64,000 nucleotides of DNA from an uncultured Candidatus Saccharibacteria bacterium (GTDB taxonomy: Bacteria; Patescibacteriota; Minisyncoccia; Phycocordibacterales; JACOZG01). The notes beneath the pieces were generated by a model, which searched no databases, had not been told where the DNA came from, and worked only from the letters and a program-made list of their open reading frames with translations. Made by a program: the position numbers and the translations under genes. The DNA lies in the NCBI GenBank assembly GCA_964591715.1, contig CAZQDR010000001.1:1487-65486 (forward strand), read 5' to 3'. Positions 14,762 to 24,751 of the stretch are shown one piece after another (positions within the stretch are counted from its first letter, which is position 1; each line of letters begins with the position of its first letter).

Positions 14762-17700
14762 ATGTCCTTTGTTCACCTCCACAATCACTCCAACTACTCA
14801 CTCTTAGACGGCCTGTCCAAAATTGACGAGATGGTAAAGCTGGCCAAAAAGTTTGGCATGCCGGCGCTCGCCTTGACTGATCACGGCACGATGTACGGCG
14901 CGATTGATTTTTATATGGCCTGCCAAAAAGCGGGCATCAAACCGATCATTGGCGTTGAGGCTTACATTGCGAACCGCACTCGTTTTGATAAAGAACCGAA
15001 CATCGACAACCGCCGCTATCACCTCACACTCTTGGCCAAAAATATGGCGGGCTACAAGAATCTGATTAAGATGGTAACTCACTCCAACTTGGAGGGCTTT
15101 TATTACAAACCAAGAATGGACAAGGACTTGTTGAAGTCGCACAGCGAAGGGCTGATCTGTTTGTCGGGCTGCTTGGGCTCGGAACTGTCGAAGATGCTCT
15201 GGAACAAAGATTATGCCGGGGCCGAGAAGGTGGCGCTGGAGCATCAAGAAATTTTCGGTAAGGGGAATTATTACCTAGAGATCATGCACCACCCCAAGAT
15301 CGAACGCCAACAAGAAATTAAACAGGAAATTATTAAGCTCGCCCGCCGACTTGATATTCCGCTGGTGGCCACGCAAGACGCGCACTACCTACATCCCGAC
15401 GATAATCTCGCCCACGATACTTTAGTGGCCATTCAAACCAACAGTTTTGATGAGACCAAGCGTTTCTCTAACCGCGATGAGGACTTTTCGTTTATCAGTC
15501 CGGCCACGGCCAAAGAATATTTTGCCGAGACGCCCGATGCTATTGCGAACACGCTTAAGATTGCCGAGGCTTGCAGTTTGGAGCTGACGCTCGGCAAATT
15601 CGTCTTTCCTAACTTCCCGATCCCGCCCGGCGAAACACCGGACTCCCTACTCCGCCAACTAACGGATGCAGGTATTAAAGAACGCGGGCTCGCCGACGAC
15701 GAACCGTCGCGCCAGCGGCTCGATCACGAGCTGGGCGTCATTGCGCTTAAAGGTTACGCCTCATACTTTTTGGTCGTGGCCGACCTGATCCGCTACGCCC
15801 AAGAGCACGGCATTTACTACAACATTCGTGGTTCGGTCGCCGGCTCCATGACGACCTTCGTTTTAAACATCACCAAAGTTAACCCGCTGGAGTACCAGAT
15901 CCCCTTCGAGCGCTTCTTAAACCCCGAGCGCCCATCCGCTCCCGATATTGATATGGACTTCGCCGATAATCGCCGTGACGAAATTATTGCTTACGCGCGT
16001 CACAAGTACGGTGATGACAAGGTGGCGCAAATTGGAACCTTTGGTTCGATGATGGCGCGCGGCGCCGTCCGCGATGTGGCGCGCGCGCTCGGCCACCCTT
16101 ATGCCACTGGCGACAAAATCTCTACCCTGATCCCGATGGGCAGCCAGGGCTTCCCCATGACGATCGAGCGCGCGCTTGAACTCACGCCCGAACTTAAAGA
16201 GCTCTACGACAAGGATGCCGACACCAAACAAATTATTGATCTGTCGTTAAAAATCGAGGGCAACCCGCGTCACATCTCGGTTCACGCCGCGGGTGTCGTC
16301 ATTGCCCCCGGTCCCCTTGATGAGTACGTGCCGCTGCAGTTTGATCCGAAGGGTGGCAAAATGATCACTCAATACGATATGTACGCCGTCGGTGAGGACG
16401 GCGTCGGTTTAACCAAGTTCGACTTTTTAGGTTTGCGCAACTTGGCCATTCTCTCGAGTGCCATCAACTTGGTAGAGCAGACCTTGGATCAAAAAATTGA
16501 TATTGAAACGATCCCGCTTAATGATCCTAAAACTTTTGCTATGCTCGCTCGCGGCGAGACCATTGGCCTCTTCCAGCTTAACGGCGCCGGGATGACGCGC
16601 TGGCTAAAGGAGCTGCGACCAACGACGATTCACGATATTAACGCCATGGTCGCGCTTTATCGCCCTGGTCCAATGCAATTTATTCCCGAGTATATTGAGC
16701 GCAAACATAATCCCAAATTAATTAAGTATCTTGATCCGTCGCTGGAAACAATTTTAAAACAAAGTTACGGTGTGCTCGTTTATCAGGACGACCTCTTGAT
16801 TATGGCACACGACTTGGCCGGCTACAGTTGGGGCGAGGTCGATAAATTCCGCAAGGCCGTTGGTAAAAAGATCCCCGAGCTCATGGCCGAACAGCGCGAG
16901 AAGTTTATAAAGGGTTGTATGGAGCACTCCAAGTGGAGCAAAGAAAAAGCGACCGAGATTTGGGCCTGGCTCGAACCGTTCGCCGCTTACGGCTTCAACA
17001 AAGCTCACTCGGCCTCTTACGGCCGCGTCGCTTACCAAACCGCCTATCTAAAAGCCAACTTCCCCGCCGAGTACATGACAGCTGTGCTCTCGGCGGAAAG
17101 TGGCAACACTGAGACCGTGACCGAAACTATTTCCGAATCAAAGCGCATGAGTATCCCCGTTTTGCCACCAGACATTAACGAAAGTTATGGTGACTTTACG
17201 GTTATTAAAGATAGCGCGGGTGATAAAATCCGCTTTGGTTTGTACACGATCAAAAATTTGGGGACGGAAATTTCGGACGTGATTGTGGCGGAACGCAAAG
17301 CTAAGGGACAGTACACTTCGATTGCCAACTTTTTAGAGCGAGTGAAGCATCGTAATTTAAATAAAAAATCACTGGAGTCGCTAATTAAAGCCGGCGCGCT
17401 CGACAGCTTAAATGAGGAGCGAGGAAAATTGCTCTACAATCTCGATAACCTGCTCGCCTTCCACCAAGAAACTATGAAGACCGGTGACAATCAGTCGTCA
17501 CTCTTCGGCCTGATGGCTGACACCTCAAGCATTCCGCAGCTCAAATTGCGCGAGTGCCTGCCGGTGGCCACAGCCGAGCGCTTGGCTTGGGAACGCGAAC
17601 TCTTGGGCGTTTATGTCTCCGGTCATCCGCTGGATGTCTATAAAGATAAATTTTTAAACAGCGAACATACGATTAAAAAAGCGCGCGAGACCGAGGATGG

Positions 17701-17944
17701 CAAACCAATCGTTGCCGCCGGCCTGCTGGAGGAGGTAAAACCAATCTTAACTAAAAAGGGCGAACAAATGGCCTTTATTAAAATTACCGACTATACCGGC
17801 ACGATCGAATCTGTCGTCTTTACGAAAATTTACCGCGAGTTTAAGGAACTGATCCAACCGGAGCGCTGCGTCGCCGTCAAAGGCCGCATCTCCCACCGCA
17901 ACGGCGAACCCTCAATCGTCATTGATGCGATCAAAGCATTGTAA
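14762..17944 (+). CDS. dnaE: DNA polymerase III alpha subunit
   Basis: 1060 aa; PHP domain N-terminus (MSFVHLHNHSNYSLLDG), polymerase core, OB fold. Confidence 0.95.
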   Translation: MSFVHLHNHSNYSLLDGLSKIDEMVKLAKKFGMPALALTDHGTMYGAIDFYMACQKAGIKPIIGVEAYIANRTRFDKEPNIDNRRYHLTLLAKNMAGYKNLIKMVTHSNLEGFYYKPRMDKDLLKSHSEGLICLSGCLGSELSKMLWNKDYAGAEKVALEHQEIFGKGNYYLEIMHHPKIERQQEIKQEIIKLARRLDIPLVATQDAHYLHPDDNLAHDTLVAIQTNSFDETKRFSNRDEDFSFISPATAKEYFAETPDAIANTLKIAEACSLELTLGKFVFPNFPIPPGETPDSLLRQLTDAGIKERGLADDEPSRQRLDHELGVIALKGYASYFLVVADLIRYAQEHGIYYNIRGSVAGSMTTFVLNITKVNPLEYQIPFERFLNPERPSAPDIDMDFADNRRDEIIAYARHKYGDDKVAQIGTFGSMMARGAVRDVARALGHPYATGDKISTLIPMGSQGFPMTIERALELTPELKELYDKDADTKQIIDLSLKIEGNPRHISVHAAGVVIAPGPLDEYVPLQFDPKGGKMITQYDMYAVGEDGVGLTKFDFLGLRNLAILSSAINLVEQTLDQKIDIETIPLNDPKTFAMLARGETIGLFQLNGAGMTRWLKELRPTTIHDINAMVALYRPGPMQFIPEYIERKHNPKLIKYLDPSLETILKQSYGVLVYQDDLLIMAHDLAGYSWGEVDKFRKAVGKKIPELMAEQREKFIKGCMEHSKWSKEKATEIWAWLEPFAAYGFNKAHSASYGRVAYQTAYLKANFPAEYMTAVLSAESGNTETVTETISESKRMSIPVLPPDINESYGDFTVIKDSAGDKIRFGLYTIKNLGTEISDVIVAERKAKGQYTSIANFLERVKHRNLNKKSLESLIKAGALDSLNEERGKLLYNLDNLLAFHQETMKTGDNQSSLFGLMADTSSIPQLKLRECLPVATAERLAWERELLGVYVSGHPLDVYKDKFLNSEHTIKKARETEDGKPIVAAGLLEEVKPILTKKGEQMAFIKITDYTGTIESVVFTKIYREFKELIQPERCVAVKGRISHRNGEPSIVIDAIKAL

Positions 17945-18005
17945 ATAAGAAAATTTTCCTGTTCAGTTAATCTTCTATTCACTACACTTAGTTATAGTGT
18001 CGAGC

Positions 18006-18188
18006 ATGAAAACATTATCATGCAAAGATTTAGGGAAGGACGATAACTTTATGGCCCGTGGTTTTACCAGTACTGAAGTAATTGACGAGATGGTGGAGCA
18101 TCACAAGGAGGCTCACCCGGAGGATGCCGACAAAACTGAGGATCAATTACGAGCCGAATTGCGGGGTAAAGTCCAGGACGAAGAGTAG
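18006..18188 (+). CDS. DUF1059 family small protein
   Basis: MKTLSCKDLGKDDNFMARGFTSTEVIDEMVEHHKEAHPED matches DUF1059 (MKxFxCxDxG...C.F...G.TEEEV......H....H); start taken at ATG 18006. Confidence 0.6.
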   Translation: MKTLSCKDLGKDDNFMARGFTSTEVIDEMVEHHKEAHPEDADKTEDQLRAELRGKVQDEE

Positions 18189-18224
18189 TTGGGGCATTCG
18201 GCCTCTTGTGGTATAGTTGAGGCC

Positions 18225-19475
18225 ATGAAAACCCCAGATGATCAATCCCTCGAACCCAACGATCACCGCACTTTGGGACGCGAGTTAGGCCTCTTTGTCT
18301 TCTCTGACGCGGTGGGTAAAGGTTTGCCATTGTGGACCGAAAAGGGCGCCACTATCCGCCGCGAGTTGGAGCGCTTTATTGTGGACGAGGAGATTAAGCG
18401 CGGCTATCAGCATGTGTATACTCCCGATATTGCCAAGCTCGAGCTCTACGAAAAATCAGGCCACTATCCTTACTACAAGGACTCAATGTACGCCCCAATC
18501 GCCATTGATGACGAGCAGTTTATGTTGCGGCCAATGACTTGCCCGCACCACTTCGAGCTTTACTTATCTTCCCCCCACTCCTACCGCGAACTGCCGATTC
18601 GGATTGCCGAGCTAGCCAAACTCTATCGCTACGAGCAATCGGGCGAACTACAGGGCTTGGTTCGCGTCCGCTCGTTTTGTTTAGCCGACGCCCACATTAT
18701 TTGCAAGGATGCCCCACAAGCCAAAGACGAGATCAGTCGGGCGCTCGATTTGATCGAGTATATTGCTCACAAATTTGGTTTAGTGCAGGGTACTGACTAC
18801 TGGTACCGTCTCTCCCTCGGCGATCGCGCTGATGATAAAAAGTATTATAAGGATGACGCGGCTTGGGATGAAGCCGAGCAAAAACTACGCGAAGTGCTAA
18901 AGGAGCGCGAAGCTCACTTTAGCGAAGCGACTAACGAGGCGGCTTTTTACGGTCCAAAAATTGATATTCAAATGAAGGATGTCCGAGGTAAGGAGAACAC
19001 CGCCTTTACCGTCCAATACGACTTCGTGATGCCTAAGCGCTTTAAGCTTGTTTACACTGATGCTGACGGCAAAGAGAAGGAGGCAGTCGTTGTTCATCGT
19101 TCGTCGATTGGTGCTATTGAGCGCTTCTTGGCCTTTATTATCGAGCATTACGGCGGCGCCTTCCCTACTTGGCTCTCGCCCGTGCAGGTTAAAATCTTGC
19201 CAATTGGCGAGGCTCACTTTGACTACAGTTTAAAGTTGGCTGAACAATTTAAAAACGAAGGTATTCGCGTCGCGGTAGATGACAACAACGAGAGTCTCGG
19301 CAAAAAAATCCGCCACGCCAAAACCGAAAAAATCCCCTACCTGATTGTGGTTGGTGATAAAGAAGTAAAAGAAAATCTCCTCACCATCGAGTCTCGTGAC
19401 AATGGTAAGCTCGAGAATGTTGCTCCGGAACAATTTATTCGCGACCTCCTCCAAGAATTAAAAGCAAGAAAATAG
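18225..19475 (+). CDS. thrS: threonine--tRNA ligase, catalytic core plus anticodon-binding domain only (no TGS/editing N-terminal domains)
   Basis: DHRTLGRELGLF motif; class II aaRS core; C-terminal anticodon-binding fold; only ~417 aa vs ~640 for full-length ThrRS. Confidence 0.85.
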   Translation: MKTPDDQSLEPNDHRTLGRELGLFVFSDAVGKGLPLWTEKGATIRRELERFIVDEEIKRGYQHVYTPDIAKLELYEKSGHYPYYKDSMYAPIAIDDEQFMLRPMTCPHHFELYLSSPHSYRELPIRIAELAKLYRYEQSGELQGLVRVRSFCLADAHIICKDAPQAKDEISRALDLIEYIAHKFGLVQGTDYWYRLSLGDRADDKKYYKDDAAWDEAEQKLREVLKEREAHFSEATNEAAFYGPKIDIQMKDVRGKENTAFTVQYDFVMPKRFKLVYTDADGKEKEAVVVHRSSIGAIERFLAFIIEHYGGAFPTWLSPVQVKILPIGEAHFDYSLKLAEQFKNEGIRVAVDDNNESLGKKIRHAKTEKIPYLIVVGDKEVKENLLTIESRDNGKLENVAPEQFIRDLLQELKARK

Positions 19476-19516
19476 CCGCCAACTTTCGTCGGACGGCTAT
19501 TAGTTGTGCGATCATT

Positions 19517-19753
19517 TCACACCAAAAGGTCAAACCAGGTAGCCGAGAGTGGGTCCTTGGAGATTTTGCCTCCCAGAACGAGGAACAACCACGGCAAATG
19601 ATCAGCGCCTTGCGGGTGAGGCTGAGTCCCAGCAATTTGGAATTCCGAATCCGGTGAGAGGTTGGCAAATTCCTCAAACCCCTTGGCTCGCCCAGCCGCA
19701 TTCAGTCTCACCTTGAGACCGGCGCTATATTCCAACATTTGCGCCAATTCCAT
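19517..19753 (-). CDS. hypothetical protein (78 aa), SD-led
   Basis: Canonical AAGGAGGTG 6 nt upstream of ATG, immediately downstream of gyrB stop; no recognisable domain. Confidence 0.45.
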   Translation of the reverse strand: MELAQMLEYSAGLKVRLNAAGRAKGFEEFANLSPDSEFQIAGTQPHPQGADHLPWLFLVLGGKISKDPLSATWFDLLV

Positions 19754-19793
19754 TTATCACCTCCTTTCTGCTGTTAGGCTAGCGCAGAGAAAG

Positions 19794-21863
19794 CTAGATG
19801 TCCAGGTTCGCCATTTTGGCGTGGGACTGAATGAAGATTTTGCGTGGCTCAACTTCGTCACCCATGAGCATAGTAAAGACTTTGTCGGCTTCGCTGGCCT
19901 CGTTAACGTCAACTCGTTTTAAAATCCGATTGACTGGATCCATGGTTGTCTCCCAGAGTTCTTCCGGATTCATTTCACCCAAACCTTTGTAGCGCTGGAT
20001 TGAGACCTTGGCGTTGCGCGTGGCTGCTCCTTTGGTTGAGGCTTCATCCTCCACTGCGCCTTCCCCTTCCGGCTCATCACCAGCGTCGGACACCTCCTCA
20101 AACTTTTTCAAATCAACACCCCATGATTTTAAGATGGCATTTTTGTCGTCATCCGAATAAGCGTAATGAAATTCTTTACCCTTCTTAATTTTATAAAGTG
20201 GCGGTTGAGCAATAAAGATAAAGCCCCCCTCCAACAGCTGGCGGAAGTAGCGATAAAACAGCGTCAAAAGCAGCGTGCGGATGTGAGCGCCGTCAACGTC
20301 GGCATCGGTCGCGATGATAATTTTGTGATAGCGCAAATGAGAGACATCAAAGGTATCGCCAATCGAGGTGCCGAGGGCAATAATCAATGACTTAATTTCG
20401 GCAAAAGCGAGCATCTTGTCGAGACGAGCACGCTCCACGTTTAAAATTTTACCCTTCAGTGGCAATACGGCTTGGGTGCGGCGATCGCGACCTTGTTTAC
20501 CAGAGCCACCGGCCGAATCACCCTCTACAATAAACAGCTCGGCCTCCTCGGCATTGCGAGTCTGACAGTCGGCCAACTTACCCGGCAAAGTCATACCCTC
20601 GAGCGCGCCCTTACGCAAGACGCTATCCTTAGCCGCCTTGGCCGCCAAACGAGCCCGCAACGCCAAGGAGACCTTGTTAATGATCATCTTGGCGTCATCC
20701 GGGTTCTCCTCCAAGTAGGCTTGGAGCGCGGCGCCGAACACCGTCTCCACGGCGCCGCGGACTTCCACGTTTCCGAGTTTGGCCTTGGTCTGACCCTCAA
20801 ATTGCGGGTTGCGCAACTTAACTGAAACAACAGCCGTTAAACCTTCGCGCACATCATCACCGGTAAAGTTACCATCCTTCTCTTTGATTAAATTATTCTT
20901 TCGGCCGTAATCATTTAAGCTACGGGTCAGCGCGGTCCGGAAGCCCGTTAAGTGCGTACCACCTTCAGGCGTGGAAGTATTGTTGGTATAGCTAAACTCG
21001 CGCGGGGCAATATCATCAATGTATTGGAAAGCAATTTCCACATTAATCTCACTCTCCTCCTTCTCAATATAAAAAATATTCTTGTGGATTGGCTTCTCGG
21101 TCTGATTATAAAATTGGATCAAACTAAGCAAGCCGCCCTCAAAGTAAAAAGTTTGCGATGGTCCCTCTAGGCCCAGCTCGCTCAAATAAAGCACCTCCTC
21201 ATCCGCGATCTTGCCCGTACACTGTCGCAAATCCATCACCCGCACCCGTAGCGCCTTAACCAAATAGGCCTGGCCCCGCAAGTGATTTACAATCCGATCC
21301 CAATCGTAAACCGTGGTAGAGAAAATGGTCGGATCAGCCTGGAAGGTCACCACCGTACCATGGAGCTTAGAGCTGCCAACTTTTTTAACGGCCGCCTTCT
21401 TCTTACCGCGGGCGTACTCCTGATAAAATTGGCCGCCATCGCGGAAGACATTAACCTTAAGCCAAGTGGAAAGAGCGTTAACCACCGAGGCGCCCACGCC
21501 GTGCAAACCACCGGAGATTTTGTAACCATCGCCTTCAAATTTGCCACCAGCATGCAGCACGGTCATAACCGTCTCCAGTGCCGAGACTTTGGTTTTGGAG
21601 TGAGTAGCCACTGGGATACCAGCGCCATTATCAGCAACCCGGACAACCTCGCCGGGCAAAAGAGCCACTTCAATCTCGTTGCACGAGCCGTTCATGGCTT
21701 CGTCACGCGAGTTGTCGAAGATCTCCACCATCAAGTGATGCAGACCATCTGGACCCGTCGAACCAATATACATTCCAGGACGCTTACGGACAGGCTCTAG
21801 GCCCTCCAAAACAACGATATCGTCAGCGTCATAATGGCGCTTTTTAGTCTCTTCTTTAGCCAT
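19794..21863 (-). CDS. gyrB: DNA gyrase subunit B
   Basis: 689 aa; GHKL ATPase, TOPRIM; N-terminus MAKEETKKRHYDADDIVVLEGLEPVRKRPGMYIGST. Confidence 0.95.
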   Translation of the reverse strand: MAKEETKKRHYDADDIVVLEGLEPVRKRPGMYIGSTGPDGLHHLMVEIFDNSRDEAMNGSCNEIEVALLPGEVVRVADNGAGIPVATHSKTKVSALETVMTVLHAGGKFEGDGYKISGGLHGVGASVVNALSTWLKVNVFRDGGQFYQEYARGKKKAAVKKVGSSKLHGTVVTFQADPTIFSTTVYDWDRIVNHLRGQAYLVKALRVRVMDLRQCTGKIADEEVLYLSELGLEGPSQTFYFEGGLLSLIQFYNQTEKPIHKNIFYIEKEESEINVEIAFQYIDDIAPREFSYTNNTSTPEGGTHLTGFRTALTRSLNDYGRKNNLIKEKDGNFTGDDVREGLTAVVSVKLRNPQFEGQTKAKLGNVEVRGAVETVFGAALQAYLEENPDDAKMIINKVSLALRARLAAKAAKDSVLRKGALEGMTLPGKLADCQTRNAEEAELFIVEGDSAGGSGKQGRDRRTQAVLPLKGKILNVERARLDKMLAFAEIKSLIIALGTSIGDTFDVSHLRYHKIIIATDADVDGAHIRTLLLTLFYRYFRQLLEGGFIFIAQPPLYKIKKGKEFHYAYSDDDKNAILKSWGVDLKKFEEVSDAGDEPEGEGAVEDEASTKGAATRNAKVSIQRYKGLGEMNPEELWETTMDPVNRILKRVDVNEASEADKVFTMLMGDEVEPRKIFIQSHAKMANLDI

Positions 21864-21906
21864 ATTCTATGGGCTTAGTATAGCATAATTCACCCCTCAA
21901 ACCAAA

Positions 21907-23121
21907 CTACTTTCGGACCTCAAAATTGGGCTGTTTTTCGAGCATTGCCACCACTTCTTCCATCACGGAATTAGCGTCATTATCCACTAAAGTTTTAGTG
22001 GCAGACTGGAGCACGAGGCGAAAAGCCAGTGATTGGCGCTCCCCTTTTTCAAATTGATCAAAGAGCACCGGACCTTCCACCAAGAGCTCACCAGCAGCCG
22101 AGCGGATTAAATCCGCGACACTTTCCACCGTAGTCGCATTGGGAACCCAAACCGCAATATCCCGGATAATGCGCGGGTAAGCCGAGACCGGCTCGTAGTG
22201 AACATCTGTTTTAATATACGGATCCAAGTTGGGCGATGTCTCGTCAAGTTGTCCGGCCATGTCAGCAAGTTCGTATTCGGTCACATCAATTTTAAGCTTT
22301 GGCTTTTTGCGGCCCGCCCCAACCACCACATTAACTTGTTCGTTATCACCGATAAACACCGTCCCGATCTCGAAAAGTTTCACCTCATCTTTATCAAACA
22401 ACGTGTGCTGGAGATTAAATTCAATGGCGCGTTGCATTGATTCTTTTAAATTAGTCCGCAACCAAGCTTTGTCGCTCGCGAGCGGCTTTTCGATGGTCAC
22501 GTCGCCGTGATCGGTGAAGGTATAGCCGTAAACCTCCGTATAACCCTCGGCCATTAAATGCTCGCGCACTTTATTAGCCAAAATAAAATTGGGGTGATCG
22601 GGAACCTGTCCCCCATCGGCCTTCAGCACTCGCGCGGCAATATTCTCATAACCATAAAGTCGCGCCACCTCGTCGGCTAAATCTTCTTTAATATTTAAAT
22701 CCTGACGCTCGGGTGGAATCAAAGCTTCGAGCTGATCATCCGTGCCATGCCCGACTACCACCCGGACTCGCTTTAAGTAATCAATGATTTCGTGCTCACC
22801 AAGAGCCACGCCAAGCAGATGTGAAATGTCTTCTGCTTTAAAAGTAATTTGGATACGAGCCGTCTCCGCGTTCGGCAGTGGCGCTAGAGCGTCTTTAAGT
22901 GGCAGATTTAAAACGGCTGCAATCTCTCGGGCCATCCCTAGCGGAGATTTAGCATCAGCCGCTCGATCCGGTAAAACTTTAATATCCATCTCCCAGTCGT
23001 CTCCAGTTGGTACAATTTCCTCCACCTCAAAAGCGTGACCAATTAAAGCCGCCACGGTTTCGTCTACACCAGGCAACGGTTGCTCAAAAAATTTTTCCAA
23101 CTCGCGATAAGAAAATCTCAT
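21907..23121 (-). CDS. pheT: phenylalanine--tRNA ligase beta subunit, truncated form (B1, B5, catalytic-like and FDX-ACB domains; no tRNA-binding or B3/B4 editing domain)
   Basis: N-terminus MRFSYRELEKFF (PheT-like MKFSxxWLxE); B5 motif EDLADEVARLYGYENI; C-terminal ...RQSLAFRLVLQS... anticodon-binding fold; 404 aa vs ~800. Confidence 0.8.
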   Translation of the reverse strand: MRFSYRELEKFFEQPLPGVDETVAALIGHAFEVEEIVPTGDDWEMDIKVLPDRAADAKSPLGMAREIAAVLNLPLKDALAPLPNAETARIQITFKAEDISHLLGVALGEHEIIDYLKRVRVVVGHGTDDQLEALIPPERQDLNIKEDLADEVARLYGYENIAARVLKADGGQVPDHPNFILANKVREHLMAEGYTEVYGYTFTDHGDVTIEKPLASDKAWLRTNLKESMQRAIEFNLQHTLFDKDEVKLFEIGTVFIGDNEQVNVVVGAGRKKPKLKIDVTEYELADMAGQLDETSPNLDPYIKTDVHYEPVSAYPRIIRDIAVWVPNATTVESVADLIRSAAGELLVEGPVLFDQFEKGERQSLAFRLVLQSATKTLVDNDANSVMEEVVAMLEKQPNFEVRK

Positions 23122-23124
23122 AAA

Positions 23125-23814
23125 TTAAAATTGTTTTAGGAAGCGTAAATCGCCAGCATAAAAATGGCGGATGTCCTCGATACCATATTTAATCATGGCT
23201 AGACGGTCAATCGTGCTACCAAAAGCAAACCCCTGCCACTCGGCTGGATCAACTCCGGCCGCTTTAAAGACATTCGGGTGCAACATACCGGCACCGCAAA
23301 CCTCAAGCCAGCGATCGCCCCATTTGATATCCACCTCGACACCAGGTTCAACGAACGGGAAGTAGCTGGCCCGAAGGCGCAGTTCAACCTGCGGTCCGAA
23401 AAGTTTTTTGTAAAAGGTTTCCAGCGTCCCCTTCAGGTCCGCCATCGTAATTACGCCCGGCCGGTCAATCGCCAGCGCGTCAAACTGGTAAAACTGCGCC
23501 TCGTGCGTGCTGTCGGTCGCCTCATTGCGGAACACCCGGCCGGGCGACACCACTCGCAAGGGTAATTGCTTTTTAACGAGCTCGCGGAGTGAGACTGCCG
23601 TCATGTGCGTGCGCAACAACTCCCCTTTCTCGCGCGGCTTCAGCCAAAAAGTATCTTGCATTGCCCGCGCCGGATGACCAGCTGGCACATTTAAAGCATC
23701 GAAGTTATTGAACTCCGTTTCCAGTTCCGGACCCTCGGCCACGCGAAAGCCCATCTCGGCGAAAATTTTAGTTGCCTCCCAAGTGATCTGCGTTAAAGGA
23801 TGTAAGCTTGCCAT
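23125..23814 (-). CDS. pheS: phenylalanine--tRNA ligase alpha subunit (catalytic core only)
   Basis: FRVAEGPELETEFNNFDALNVPAGHPARAMQDTFWL class II core; 229 aa, lacking the N-terminal helical arm. Confidence 0.85.
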   Translation of the reverse strand: MASLHPLTQITWEATKIFAEMGFRVAEGPELETEFNNFDALNVPAGHPARAMQDTFWLKPREKGELLRTHMTAVSLRELVKKQLPLRVVSPGRVFRNEATDSTHEAQFYQFDALAIDRPGVITMADLKGTLETFYKKLFGPQVELRLRASYFPFVEPGVEVDIKWGDRWLEVCGAGMLHPNVFKAAGVDPAEWQGFAFGSTIDRLAMIKYGIEDIRHFYAGDLRFLKQF

Positions 23815-23890
23815 GGAGCCGGGAAGAGGACTTGAACCTCCAACCTACGGTTTACAAAACCGTTGCTCTACCAATTGAGCTATCCCGGCT
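23815..23890 (-). tRNA. tRNA-Thr (anticodon UGU), CCA encoded
   Basis: Reverse complement GCCGGGATAGCTCAATTGGTAGAGCAACGGTTTTGTAAACCGTAGGTTGGAGGTTCAAGTCCTCTTCCCGGCTCCA folds as a cloverleaf: 7-bp acceptor, D stem GCTC/GAGC, anticodon stem ACGGT/ACCGT with loop TT-TGT-AA, T loop TTCAAGT. Confidence 0.85.
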
Positions 23891-23893
23891 GTT

Positions 23894-24271
23894 CTACTTC
23901 TGTTCTTTAATTTGCGCCAAAAACAATGAGACTGCCCCCTTTTTATGAATCACGCCTTTACCACGGACCGAGTCAATCAAACGAGAGGACTTACGTTCAG
24001 CCCTAACCAAAAGATAACGAACCATAATCACCACGCGGCGAATCGCCAAAAGCAGATAAAAATAACCGAGATGGACGACTTGTTTGAAAAAGAAACCAAA
24101 GCCGTGATACCACTGGTCAATTTTGTACTGCAATAGTTCAGCGAGCTCCACCTTGCGGTAAGCCGAGAGCGGGATCCGGCCCAGGCGGACAAGCCGTAAC
24201 TGCCACAAGCCAGTGGCCACCATGGCCAGGGTAACGGCTAAAGCCAGCACGATTAAAATGGTAAGTAACAT
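23894..24271 (-). CDS. hypothetical membrane protein (125 aa)
   Basis: N-terminal TM helix MLLTILIVLALAVTLAMVATGLW and a second hydrophobic segment; no known domain. Confidence 0.45.
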   Translation of the reverse strand: MLLTILIVLALAVTLAMVATGLWQLRLVRLGRIPLSAYRKVELAELLQYKIDQWYHGFGFFFKQVVHLGYFYLLLAIRRVVIMVRYLLVRAERKSSRLIDSVRGKGVIHKKGAVSLFLAQIKEQK

Positions 24272-24286
24272 AGGGTTTTGGTCGGG

Positions 24287-24745
24287 CTAGTGGCCCGGTG
24301 TTTCGAAGCGGTCGAAGCGAACGATCTCCACCTTCTCGCCAAACTTCTGGATGCCGCTTTTAACAACATCATCAATAGTCTGGGTAGGATCTTTAACAAA
24401 AGGTTGAGTTAAAAGTTCGGCAAGATCAGCCGGGGCAAAGGCCGCCACGTGCATCGCTAGGTCGCTTGCCATGGACTTAAAGTCGTCATTCTTGGCGACG
24501 AAGTCGGTTTCGCAATCTAGTTCGATAAGCGCGCCCATGGCATTGTTACCGTGGATGTAAGCACTAACGACGCCGGCGCCCAATTGGCGATCGGCTTTTT
24601 TGTCGGCGGCAGCACCCGAGAGTTCACGGAGCGAGGCGAGAGCTTTAGTGAGATCACCACCAGCGGCCTCAAGCGCTTTTTTGCATTGAGCGACCGAGAT
24701 GCCGGTCTTTTCGCGTAATTCCTTAATTTGCTCAATGCTGACCAT
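24287..24745 (-). CDS. tsf: elongation factor Ts (short form)
   Basis: UBA-like N-terminus IKELREKTGISVAQCKKALEAAGGDL; ...LIELDCETDFVAKN core; follows rpsB as in the conserved rpsB-tsf operon. Confidence 0.85.
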   Translation of the reverse strand: MVSIEQIKELREKTGISVAQCKKALEAAGGDLTKALASLRELSGAAADKKADRQLGAGVVSAYIHGNNAMGALIELDCETDFVAKNDDFKSMASDLAMHVAAFAPADLAELLTQPFVKDPTQTIDDVVKSGIQKFGEKVEIVRFDRFETPGH

Positions 24746-24751
24746 AAGGTT

